Both the position numbers and the translations under genes were made by a program. Below are positions 51,266 through 63,170 of a stretch of 64,000 nt of DNA, piece by piece. Source of the DNA: Podarcis cretensis (taxonomy: Eukaryota); contig OX638153.1 in the NCBI GenBank assembly GCA_951804945.1, positions 45,136,001 through 45,200,000 of the forward strand, written 5' to 3'. The notes beneath the pieces were generated by a model. It made no database searches, was not told where the DNA came from, and saw only the letters and a list, made by a program, of their open reading frames with translations. Position 1 is the first letter of the stretch. Every line of letters starts with the position of its first letter.

Positions 51266-54059
51266 GTTGGGAATCTGAGGTGAGATACCCACGTAGCGAA
51301 AGTTGCCCCCAGTTTCAGTCACCACACAGAGGCAGCTTAAGGTCCAAATAGTTTACTGTTGCAGAAAATATAACTTCAGCAGTACAGTTCCAGATGTTGA
51401 TATATACATAACAGCTTGTATGAGTGCAGATACAGATACAAGCAGACTTTTTTCAACCGGAACTCCTCTCACGTGGGCAACAATGCCATAATAAGAGAAC
51501 AAGGGACTCATTCATGGTGGATTCCATACATGATTAGCATACATGAGAGAAGAACCCCCAGATAAAAAACCTGCCGAATTGTAGACAAATGGGCAGGGAT
51601 TTTGATACTAGGCTCCTTTAAGTTCTTGTTGGGGGTGAACTAAAAAGGATTTGCTTCTCTCCCTGTGGTTTTATGGACAGTAATTTTGTTATGAAAATAA
51701 GCATGCATTACCTCTAGGAAGGTAAAGTGCAGGTATGGCGGGTGGGGATGATTGTTTTTTTGGGGGGAGAGACAGCTTCCGTCTTGTGTTCTTTTCATTT
51801 GGCACCAAATGTCACATGAACAAAGTGCAAAGCTGATTCCACAGGAATGGATCTGTGGGCATGGGGCACTGAGGCAGAATGATGAGGATGTCCAGTATTT
51901 TCTAGAAACAGAAGTAGCAAAGTGATACAGTACTTCAACATCCTTTCCCCAAAGTCTTGGCAAAACCATTCCCTCTGATTAGTCACAAAAGAGCTCTTCC
52001 TCTCCCCACCCCGACATTATTCTTATATTACATACTTGGGGCAAAGTGTTTCAAATTTTGCAGACATGTGGTCTGCACAGGTCTTGTTTTTTTTTTAAAA
52101 AACTGGAATCTGCAGAGCACCTCAAAAGTGCTTCAGATGTCCTCTCTTCAGTTTGGTGTGACCTGTTTTTAGTCAGGCAAGCTTCTAATCTGTCTGCGAC
52201 AGCCCCAGTTAGATTTAGGATTTGTCCAAATGCTTTGTACACCCCGGATGATATTCATGACATCACTCATCAGTTTTGTGTAAATGTTAAATAGTGCTGC
52301 GGACAAAATAAGAGCCCTGTGGTGCACCATAATATAATGGCTATGGCGGCAGTAGACTTCCATCACAAATCCTGGAAACAGCAGGCCAATGAGGAGTGGA
52401 ACCACTGGAACACAGAATTCCTGTTCCCCATCCCAGATAGGCACTCCACAAGGATACTGTGCAGGATACTGTGATCAGTGGTTACAAAGGCTGCTGAGAG
52501 AGCCAGGAAAACTAGCAGAGTCATTCTTCTGGCAAAGGTTATCTAGTGACCAAACCCAGTCCATGCCAAATCTAGTTCTGAAGCTGTACTGATAGGAATC
52601 CAGATTATGTGTTATCTCAGAGTCCCTATCTACTCAGGCACCTTGTCCAAGAAGGATATATTAGAGACTGACCAGCTCATAGAACAATCTTCCTTAGCAG
52701 AGGTCTCCTTCAAGCTCTTCAGGAATGATTACTTCTGTACTCTGGTGGTCAGCCCTGCCATACTAGACGAGCAGGTAGGTGGGTTGACTAAACTCTTCCA
52801 GGTGCCTTGTGCACATCATTGGGACTTAGCAACTGAAATCCTTCCAGCAACACCTGATTGCACGATCTAGACACATTTACAGACTGTACTGTAGGCAACG
52901 TGGCATTTAAAGACACTACAGATGTAAGCAATTTTAAACATCAAAATTCATTTACATCACAGCAGATGGCATAGTTATCTATACATTTAGGCACAAGCCA
53001 GTTAAAGCTAAACACTTAGAATTACAGTTGCTTTCAGCGGAAGGTTATGCATAAGTGTTTGCAATGTACTGACAATCCAGCTTGTATTCTGAAACCTTTC
53101 TTGCAGCCTTTGTAATTTTCCCTTCTAGTCTTGTTCAAGTAAGAGAGGACTCTCAGCACCTGCCCATTCCATTTCACATGTGGCTTTTCTCATGAAAGTG
53201 GCTTCTTGTGTAAGACAGATTCTTCATCCAAGACCACTGACTGTCTTTTTGTGGAGGTATCAGAACCACTTTCAAACCTCTGGGTTAGTCACTAAGTTTT
53301 GCACAGCATAAACCTTTCCCATTATTTTTACCCGTTTCATCTCACCTCTATGAATTCCATTATACCTTTAAAAAATTATATGTTTTGCTTAATTCTTATT
53401 AAGAGAGTGCTTGGATATCATTGTGCAAGATCCCATGCAGGGTAGTATTTTTCTCCTCCAGATTTCTTCCTGCCCTTCAGGTTTAGCCTCTTAACTTACA
53501 GCCATCTGTATAAAGCCTTCTGGTTTCCTCAACAACTGTCCACAACTTACTTTTTAAAACTGTGAAAATGTTTTGGACACTGTTGGTTCCCCTTATAGCT
53601 CAGTTCCCAGCAGACAGATACTGATGTCGCAGTACTAGACCCAGTCCCTGTTCCTAGATACTTAGCTGGCATGTTAGTCCTGCTAACTTGAGCATCTGTG
53701 TGGTTACTTACAAAATATGTCACATGAGTGGCAGCAGGTGTCTGGCAAAGCCTTTGTGTGTGGCCTGAAGGGTGGGGGGCATCTATCTAAACTCCTGTTG
53801 GTGGCTGCTGTTTCTGCTGCAGCCAAAGGCATACACCCAAATACATAGCCTACATTAACAGATCACGTTTCACTTTAAGTTGTGAAATAGCGGGGTGTGG
53901 CACAGATTAAATACGTTTTTGAGATAACTAGGAAAGTGAGGCAAATGTACAAGTAAGTTATTTGGGGGAAGGGGGAGGGTGACATGTACAAACAATTCAG
54001 AGTGCACAGTGTAAAGTTTACTTACTGTTATTATTTTGACCGGTACACACATAATTTCA

Positions 54060-54690
54060 TTCAAGGGCTGCCGGGGGAGTTGGGAGGGGGGATGACAAAC
54101 TTGGATTAGTTAAAAGCAGCAGCAAGGTCTGGAGGGAGTGTTCGAAAGAGTTGGGAGCCGTAGAGAGGTGACTATAACTCCTCTAGCAATTTCTGACTAT
54201 TCTTCTGTAGCAGGACAAAAGCCTTTTCTTTTGCTTCCCGTGTTCAAAGAGACATTTGTCTCGAGACTTTGCAGCTGTGGGCCGTGGGGATGCTTGTTTG
54301 AAGATACCCCCTTGTAGGCGAGAGGAGAGTCGGCACACCGAACAGTAGTGTAGTATCTTATACTTTTTCTCCCCCTCCCTTTCCCTCTCTTATGCTTTTA
54401 TTTCTCCTCCTTCTACTCCTCCTCCTCCTCCTCCTCTCTACCATGTGCATTTTTTAATAAGACGAAGAATGTGGAGGCAACGTTTTCAAGGCAAGGGGAA
54501 ATTTCCTGTTTTTCTTTCCTGTTTGTTTAATAAAGTGTGCCATTGACTTTTAAGAACTGCAGCGACTTTTGTTACAAGCGAGTAATTCAAGGCAACACTT
54601 GGCTTGCTTCTTGATGCACTTTTTATATACTGCTGGAGAAGATGTTTAAATCCTTTTCGTTTTTTTAAAAAGAAGAAGACAGCGACGAAG
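54060..54690 (+). promoter_or_regulatory. Putative internal promoter / 5' UTR of an alternative CTBP2 first exon
   Basis: Non-repetitive stretch with visibly more CpG than the flanking intron, G-rich boxes, a (CTC)n tract near 54405-54436 and short uORFs at 54614 and 54642. It ends at an ATG plus splice donor. Confidence 0.45.
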
Positions 54691-54709
54691 ATGAAGCTGT
54701 GTGGCGTAG
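54691..54709 (+). CDS. CTBP2: Putative alternative first coding exon end (MKLCGV-G) using a GC-AG donor
   Basis: ATG with A at -3 and an in-frame stop upstream. The 19 nt give phase 1, followed by AG|GCAAGT, the consensus GC donor. Would splice in frame to 61229. Confidence 0.45.
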
Positions 54710-56728
54710 GCAAGTGAGATTAATAAGAATTAAGCAAATGGCTTCTTCTGCTTTTGTTTCAGTGAGATAGTACCAGCCGTCTTGCAGCCACACAAAGGCT
54801 GCCATTTACCAGGGAGTCCTCCCTAATTCTCTTGGCAGGGGTGCCATTGGAATCGGATACAAGTGGGTGGCAATGGGGAGGAGCTGCAAAAGAGGACAAG
54901 CAGGCTTTGTGTATTTTTTAAAAATGCAACAAAAGCACTTTATACATTGAGCTGGGTGCAACAAGCTGTGCAGCTTGTGAGTGGGATGGAGTAGTTTTGA
55001 GATCTCAGTGTACATAGAAAGCCCCCCCCCTTCCTTAAAAGCTCTCCACTGAAACATTGGCTAAACTCCACAGAGAGCTGAAAAAGCCAGAAAATATTTA
55101 TTGAACAATGCTTCTGACAACTGGCTTGATATTTGAAAGCTTTGGAAAGAGAAAACAGACAATCTTAATTTTGAAAACAGTTCTGGGGCACCTTGTTGAT
55201 ATTCTGGTCAGAAAATTGGATTCGGTTTCCTTCCTATTGTACACACCCTTCTTTATTGGCACTTAGTTCCCGTTGAATAGAATGGTAGGCTTTTATTCCT
55301 CTGGCCCTTTCTCTGATTTGCTTTCTGTACATACAAAAACATGTAGTTTATCATCTCTCATTGTTTTACTTTCTAAAATGCTGCACTTTCTTTGATTCAT
55401 GTCCCAGACAAATGTGGTCTAAAATGATGGTTGCAGAAGCAAGATGCATGGTTTCACAATATAAACAAAGGTGATAGAAGAAAGAGTGGCTTCCTACCTT
55501 TTAAAATTGCTACCTGATTTAAGCATTTCTACTTAGAAGATGAAGTAATTTGTTTTTGGTCCTTTGTGTTATCAATGAAGCATTTGCTACAGGAGCAACC
55601 ATGGTGCACTTCATATATCATTTGAAACTATTCATTTGCATTTTTTTTTCACCAATTCTAACCCCTGGGCTTAGGTTTTGATACAATATTAACAGGCATG
55701 AAAGCCTTCAAACTATCATTTATATTTTTAAAAGATTTGTATAGCTAGAGCTTGTATATCTGTGTTTGCAGGGAAGGTGTGGCAAGAGGTCAGCTATTTT
55801 AATCATACTGTTAGGGCTGGGCGTCTTAACGTTGTGTTGCATGGTTTTGGGGGCTGCAATCAGTTCATGCTCTGTACTGAAAAGCAATTACTGGCACATC
55901 CTGTTCTCCTATTGCTCCCGTTCCAAAGTTTTGTTTCTGTCAAGTTGAAGTAATTGATTTCATCCAGTTGCTCTAAGCTGGAAAATAAGAGGGAGAAATC
56001 TTTCTTAAATATTTTAGTCACATTTCCCACTAATGTTTATCTCTAGTCTTTTAAAAAAAATATCAATGCAGGGGCTTGGCATTGTTTAAAAAGCTTAGGT
56101 CATCGGCACTCTCAAACCTGCTATAGGAAAGAAGGTTATATTTCTCTTGCCTTGCTTAAAATCACTTATTTAATTGGGCAATAAAATTTGAGATAACTGC
56201 CTTTGGTGCTTGGCATTTTATGGTTTCAAGAAGCAGGCACCGACCCTAACTGTATTGTTGCTAGTAATTTTTTCCTGCTTTCCTAAGGAACTAAGCTCTG
56301 ATTACAAATTATTGAGGAACATAGGAAGTGATGCACAGTGTATAAACTGGCAGCCACAGTCTGAAGCCATTGTCCTGGTAGGGAATCTAGCTTCAATTAT
56401 CCTCTGATTTGCTTCCCCATTCTGCCTTTGACAGTAACAAGGCGAGGCTGTCATTAAGTGATATTCTCAATCTTGGAGACTGTGCACCAGAGTCAAAGTA
56501 AAGTCGGAGCGCTTTATTCAACTAGGAAGAAAGGTTAGTCGGGACAAAGTATAGCCATTCAGCTCTGGATTGTAAGCCTTACAGTTTTATGTGACCACTC
56601 CCCCCTTTTATCCTGGTTATCTGCTTAGGGCAAGCTTCTTTCACTTATCCAAATCATCTCAGCACTTGGCCATGCATACTGTGACACAGTTGCACTTCCA
56701 TCTGGATACAAGGCTGGAAGATGCATCA

Positions 56729-56905
56729 CAGTCATACCTCTTGTTACATTTCCCTCAGGTTAAAACTTTTCAGGTTGCGTTCCATGGCGACCCGGAAGTA
56801 CCGGAAAGGGTTACTTCTGGGTTTCGCCGCATGCGCAGACGCTCAAAATGACGCCGCGCGCATGCGCAGAAGCGGCGAATCGCAACCCACACATGCGCAG
56901 ATGCA
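56729..56905. mobile_element. Partial Tc1/mariner-type MITE, CpG-rich, with repeated CATGCGCAG motifs
   Basis: Left TIR-like CAGTCATACCTC and ccggaagt...acttctggg internal palindrome as in the other MITEs. Right TIR not found. Confidence 0.55.
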
Positions 56906-57084
56906 GGGGAAGGGAAGCCTCCCTTCGCTCTTCTTCAGGGGTGGGCTCCTTCTCCACCCACCCCACTCCCACCAACATGGTCTCTAGGGGTTGTAAAGCA
57001 AGCCAGACCATTTAGCAGAGACTCCATTCATTCCAGCAGCTGGCCATCACCCACTCCAAGCCTTGCGAAAAATATAATCACCAT

Positions 57085-57123
<39 letters not shown>
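57085..57123. repeat. (TAC)13 microsatellite, probably the tail of a minus-strand L2-type 3' end
   Basis: Perfect TAC run adjacent to tgccctcc...cagggtggctcacagc. Confidence 0.85.
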
Positions 57124-57124
<1 letters not shown>

Positions 57125-58037
57125 GCCCTCCACCCATAGATATCAGGGTGGCTCACAGCCTGAAACTAGGGTACTAAGCACATGCTAAAAACTAGAACAA
57201 AGGCAAACCAAGCCAGCAACCCTCCTTCTCCCTTATTTGTGAAACAAGCCTGTTAATTGCCTATCCAACTAAAAAAAAAGGCACTGAGGCTTTTTGAGAT
57301 CAATGCAAGCTAAAAAGCATTGCAGGGGGTTGGGCTAGATGACCCGCAGGGTCCCTTCCAATTTTCCTTTTTTCTGAAAAACACACGCACAACCCAACTG
57401 TGGTCCCTCTGCAGTCCTCGCCCCAAGCAACTGTGTGTGAGACTTGCTCCCCAGAAAGTGTGTCTTGTCTTGCTACCTGTGGTTTTTGGTCTCTTGTCAG
57501 CCCCCTCTCCCCAATCTATTCATATTCTTTTCTCCCTAATCTCCAATATTACATTTTCCTCTGGTTGAGACTTAAAACAGAAAGCCCTAATTCCCAACTG
57601 TGTTTCTTGCTGCAGTCCTACTGTCTACTCAGAAGTAAGGTCCTATTTGATTCAGCAGGGCTTACTCTCAGGTAAGTGCAGTTAGGGCTGCAGCATTTTT
57701 GACCCAAGTTTTGGGTCCTTTTTAGGTTCAAAATGTCACTGCTTTACACCCCCCCACCCCACCCCACCCCACAATATTCGAAAACATCGGCTTTGTACTT
57801 AAACACAAATTGGCCGGGAACTTCATTGTCTGTGTCTTTATTAATTTATTTAAAGAACAACAAACTGGTGATTGCTTTAACTTTTTGATATGTGGTGATT
57901 TGAATCATGAGGATGAATTAGAAGAACTGCTGAGTCTTGAGCGAGTCTTGCTTTGGAATTGAGGACGTCATTAGATTTTCTTCTGCCTTTTCATTTTATT
58001 TTGTTTTAAGGGCTGGTTAGAGATAACTCTGGGAAAC

Positions 58038-58400
58038 GGACGCAGGTGGCGCTGTGGGTTAAAGCCTCAGCGCCTAGGGCTTGCCGATCGAAAGGTTGGC
58101 GGTTCAAATCCCTGCGGCGGGGTGCGCTCCCGCTGCTCGGTCCCAGCGCCTGCCAACCTAGCAGTTCGAAAGCACCTCCGGGTGCAAGTAGATAAATAGG
58201 GACCGCTTACCAGCGGGAAGGTAAATGGCGTTTCCGTGTGCGGCTCTGGCTCGCCAGAGCAGCGATGTCACGCTGGCCACGTGACCCGGAAGTGTCTCCG
58301 GACAGCGCTGGCCCCTGGCCTCTTAAGTGAGATGGGCGCACAACCCCAGAGTCTGTCAAGACTGGCCCGTACGGGCAGGGGTACCTTTACCTTTACCTTT
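58038..58400 (+). mobile_element. Full-length Sauria SINE (same subfamily as 44541-44908), about 20-bp TSD
   Basis: ggacgcaggtggcgctgtggg head and (ACCTTT)3 tail. agagataactctgggaaacgg is repeated at 58019-58039 and 58401-58421. Confidence 0.95.
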
Positions 58401-58477
58401 AGAGATAACTCTGGGAAACGGGGTGTGGGAGGGGACGCCAGAGGGATCTTTGCACTACAGCGCCGGATATGCTTAAG

Positions 58478-58562
58478 ATGGCCCTGGTCAGAAGGCCCTC
58501 AGAACTGGACCTCAGTGTCTGGGCTGAACAATGTGGCTGGAGAGGCTTCTTCAGGTATACTA
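58478..58562 (-). mobile_element. Short L2 fragment homologous to about 30385-30460 of the intact element
   Basis: cagaaggccctcagaactggacctcagtgtctgggctgaacaatg...cttcaggtatac aligns by eye to the intact copy. Confidence 0.75.
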
Positions 58563-59138
58563 AATGCACAAGGCAAGAGCTGGGTTAAATTTCTCCTTAA
58601 ATCCTCAAGCCATAACTTCTCAAAAGCCACTCCAATGCATTTCAGTGCCATAAGCACCTGTCTGCTCCCTTTTACCTCCATTTTACTCTGCTACTTTCCA
58701 CACCTGTGAACCTCTTGCTACCACTTTCCAAATAGCTCCCTCTCAGTCAAATTGGCCAGCAGCCCTGGAAGGCAGTTGGGGCGTCTAGGGGGTGGCACAG
58801 ATACCCATGGTAAGCCCTGCATCCAAGACAGGATTCTCATTTGTTCTATGTGTGGATCATCCTGTACTCCTGAAACGTTACACAGGTTAATTAAAACTCA
58901 TTTCACTTAAGACCACTCTGTGATCCGGCATATTGTCCTTGTTTTTCCTGTCAACATCCATGTGCTATATATTGAGCTAATATGATATCTATTACATAGC
59001 ACCCTAAATAGAAGCACAAATGCAGTATTCTTTTTTCTTTGGCATCAGTTTTGTTGCTCTTTACCTTAGATGTTGCCCTTTTCTGGGCACAAGTGTTTAT
59101 TTGGTCTTCATTTGGCGTTCTGTCCAACTAAGTTAGAT

Positions 59139-59228
59139 CATAGCTGTCAACTTTCCCTTTTTCTTGCGAGGAATCTTATTTGGAATAAGGGAATTTCCCT
59201 TTAAAAAAGGGAAACGTTGACAGCTATG
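59139..59228. mobile_element. 90-bp hAT-type MITE, 8-bp TSD agttagat
   Basis: Perfect TIRs CATAGCTGTCAAC / GTTGACAGCTATG. TSD copies at 59131-59138 and 59229-59236. Confidence 0.9.
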
Positions 59229-60289
59229 AGTTAGATGCTGGGGTGCTGTCTCAAATGCTGCAAGCCAAGGATCTCTGTTTTAGCCTTTAATTCATGGGGC
59301 AGCCCAGGACTTCCATACCCACTGCTCAGGCTTGCATCCTGGAGAGGTCTCTTCGCAGTGCTAACACAGCGAAAACAACTCAGGAGGCAGCAGTTGCGAG
59401 TTACCGGGCATTTTCACAGTGACTCTAAGAACATCTTTAATATCTATCTAATGCACAAGTAGAACTTGGTCCTTCCACATGCTGTTGGACTAGAGCTCTC
59501 ACCATTCCTGGCCATTAGATATGCTAGTTGGACTCCAATGATACTTGGAAGGCCACAGGTTCCCCTGCCCTGGTTTGAGGTATCACTTCTCTGTACTTTA
59601 AAACAATAAGGGAAGCATAAGAGGCTTACGTATTTACAGATAAATGTAGCAATTTGTTTTAATAGAACAGGAAATTCAGTTAGTATTTGTCTTAACATTT
59701 TGATGACTTGTAGGATTGCATGACATAGCTTGTTATGTATTTATAACTTCCCTGTTAACTTAAACCATTCTATAAATACTCTTTTTCTTTTTTTCTTTTT
59801 TACTTTAGCACAGGAAAATCAAAGAGAGTGATTTTAAACAATCCAGTGTTTTATCAAAGGGAGTAATCTTAAATCACTCTTCTATAAAAATTTAGGAAGT
59901 CCCAGGCTTAACAGGGAAGTAATTCTAAAGCAATTAATGACGTATTCGAGTACTTAGATAGAGTTGCAGATAATTCAATAGCATGTGTTGTAACTGAACT
60001 GTGGCTCTGAGTCTTTAAAAGAGAGAAAAACTAGTAAGATAACGCTAAGTTTCTTTGTCAGAAAAGCATCCCTCAGGGCAGCACTTTCAAAAGTGGCTTT
60101 TACTGTTTGAAGTTACTGGCCTATATCACACAGAGCCCCAGCTGTTTGTGTGCATGTTGAGAAGTGTGCTCTGAATGTCGGTACTCATCGCGGTTTGTGG
60201 GCCACATCTAAAAAGTACAATGCATGCCTCAAGCTGAGGCCCAAAGAGGTATTGAGGTAAGCTCTGGCTTATAACCCCCTCCCCCGCAG

Positions 60290-60409
60290 GATTCTCGCTG
60301 TTGCTGTTGTTGGTGTTTTTCCCTTTCCTTGCAAACACCAAACCCTCATGCTACCTCAAAAAACTGTTTATGAAACCTCTTCTCTGCTTCAGAAACAGCA
60401 TCCCATGCG
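60290..60409 (+). CDS. Putative in-frame cassette exon, or end of an alternative first exon with ATG 60370, encoding (G)FSLLLLLVFFPFLANTKPSCYLKKLFMKPLLCFRNSIPC-G
   Basis: Acceptor aaccccctcccccgcag ends at 60289 and donor GCG|GTAGGC starts at 60410. 120 nt, stop-free in phase 1/1, with local CpG enrichment. No homology evidence available. Confidence 0.33.
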
Positions 60410-61194
60410 GTAGGCCCAACAAAAATTCCTCAAGTAAAATAATAGGGAAATAATGTGGTGCATTTTGAATCAAATAATACCTCAAAGCTCCTGGGCTTCA
60501 GTTCTTCACAGAGTTGTGTGAAATCAGATTGCTGTCTACTTGGTGATGATGGTGTTTTAGATGTTGCGTTTAATGATATTTTGGGTTAGAATATAGCCTT
60601 TGTCCCATTTAAAGGACCTGGTCACTCGTCTCCTCTGGGAATAAAGAGGTGTCTTTTCCACTTTGCTCTCCATTTTTCTAGGGGTCCTTTGTTTTTCCTC
60701 CCCTTAGAAACAAGGGGATGTTACACTACAATCTGTGTTTTGGGAGCACCTGAAACTGTAGCATTGTTGATGCTACTTGGGCTCAGTGCCTGGGTGGTAA
60801 ATATAAAGAGCTCCATGCAGTTGTCACTGGTGGTCAGACTGCAGAAGGCAGGGAGATCCAACAGTAGGCGAAGTCACAGCCCCACTCCCTGGACTTATTG
60901 TAAGTAAGAATGCAAGTGGAGGGACAGGGCAGGCTGAGGCTGGTTGAGGCAGTGTGCCATTTGCCCTAATAGACCAACCTCCACTGGCTCCATGTTGCCC
61001 TCCTGTACATGGAAGCACCACGTATAAGATTGCACTGCAAACTGTCCAAATGTTGATTCAGGTAGAGGTACAATAAAGAAACCGCAAGTTAAGCTCGGAA
61101 TACCTTCTCAAGTAGCATCCTGATTCTTTTGTAAAGCCAATACTGCTTACTACAGTTTCAGATGAACCCATGTGGCAATCAGGGGTACTATTAA

Positions 61195-61401
<207 letters not shown>

Positions 61402-62639
61402 TAGACTGACCTAATGAGGGAGAGTATGGCTGTCTAGTTTTGAATCCATTTCAGGTTCAGTTCCCCTTACCTGTACACTGCTTTATAGAGTAAAAATGAC
61501 TAAATTTTGTAATAAAGCAGTTTTGGATTACAAGAGGTGTCTTGGAGCCAAATTTGTGATTGTGTGTGTTTGTTGGTTTACTCTACCTTTTCCTCTTTGT
61601 ATTGCTGTTGCTCTTTTGATTAACAGAACTAACAGTGGATACACCTGAAATGCGAATTCCTGATCTAAAGTTTCTTTGATGGCACCTGTCTAGGATTTTA
61701 TGACCATGTTGGTTACTTAGGCAAAATCAATCTCTTGGATTCAAAAATTGACTGATCTTGTTAGATAGGCTTTAAAATAGGTGGGTAAGAGGGCAAAAGG
61801 TTAATGTAAACAATCTGCCTGGTCCAGGTGCTGTGTTCCTTGTGTTCAGTGTACTTGCAAACAGTGTGTGTTCATGAAGAACAGATTTAGCTATTCTGCC
61901 CCAATTGATTTTCTTAAATGATACAAAATCAATAGGCGAAAGCAAAAGAATTAATGTATAAAAGATCAAACATACTTGGATTTCATGTAAACATTAGATA
62001 ACTGTCTTTCAGTAACCTTTTGAACCTGGATTGGCTAGGGACCCCATGAGGTAGAGGGGGTAAATGACTGAAGTAATAGAAATGAAGCCTTGTCAAAAGT
62101 GTCAAAATATGCAGCTTGAAAAGGCAAGCTAAGGTCCAAACTAGATACTATATGTACGCACATGGATCCTTCTTCAAACAGCCCCTTTTAAACTAGCTTT
62201 GGGAGGGGGAGATTAGGAACAGAAAAGCAACGCACTAGGGTTGTCCCCCCTCCCCAAAACTGGTCCCCTGCCAGGACTCTCCTCCCCACAGATTTCCACA
62301 TGTGTGTGTGCACTTTTGGGGGGAGTATCAGCAGAACATTTTGAATTTTTGTGTGTGAAACATCTTGTTTGGCCTTAAGGTAGCTACAATGTCATCCTGA
62401 ATATATTTGGGAACAGCGCTTCCTTTAGGTTTTTAATTCAAGGACATCCACAGCTTCTATTTCGGTTATTCTGCTTCATTGCCAATTGTACTGTATATGT
62501 GAAGTTTCTGTTACATCTTTGTATTATATTTTTATTTGCAGTGTTTTTATCTTTTCAGGGAATATTTTGTTTTCCTTTATTGTATTTTTGTTTTTAGCCT
62601 TCATCTGTAACGTTTTATTTTGAGATTTTGTGTGGAGTG

Positions 62640-63170
62640 TATGAGGTGCTATGGGAGAGGCAGTATCTCTGCTGGGGGACACGTCATGCTCCTTGTCTGC
62701 CAGAAGTCTTCCCCCTGCACTGAGCTCTTGTCTGTGGCTCCTAGAAGCTGTTGGCTTGCGACAGTGGCCACACCCCAGAAATGGCTTTGACTGGCCAGCT
62801 AAACCAGGTGAAGGTAGCCAATGGATCTCAAAACCCCTGCATGCAAAGGCGGATTGAGCAGACGTGGGTCCAGCTGTCAAGAAGACAGTTTCTACACATG
62901 CTGTAGAGAGAAATGAGGGGCAGATGGGAAAGCAGATATACTCATTTGTGAGAAAGGCTTTGGCAGTAAACCCTGAGGAGCAATCCATACCCACTGCCTT
63001 ACAGGACATCTTCAGGGAGAAAAAGTTAAGAATTAAACCCTACACAAATGCGTAGTGGAGTCCCTAAGGTGATTGGATGGTGTCTTGAATACCTCCTTCC
63101 AGCAACTCCTGCAGCCAAGCTGGTGCCAAATGTGTTGCTTTCCTTTCCTTCGGACCACATCAGTGTGGCC
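62640..63170 (+). mobile_element. GC-richer interspersed repeat, resembling the 5' region of an RTE-clade LINE or a derivative
   Basis: Abrupt composition change and motifs (gtggctcctagaagctg, ggcggattgagcagacg, gaggggcagatggg) recalled from reptile repeats. Family assignment is unverified. Confidence 0.35.

Noticed and set aside
53450-53486. Strong acceptor-like tract followed by GT (also near 20160-20185)
   Set aside because: Following hexamers GTTTAG and GTTTTA are poor donors, and no convincing exon was found downstream.
57660-57677. Second CAG|GTAAGT as a recursive splice site
   Set aside because: Lies within a common palindromic reptile repeat (about 57610-57692), has an upstream AG and lacks a solid pyrimidine tract.
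60224-60248. Alternative mini first exon MPQAEAQR-G using GAG|GTATTG
   Set aside because: The weak donor would be out-competed by GAG|GTAAGC 8 nt downstream, which is out of phase for this ATG. It also shows how easily such mini-exons arise by chance.
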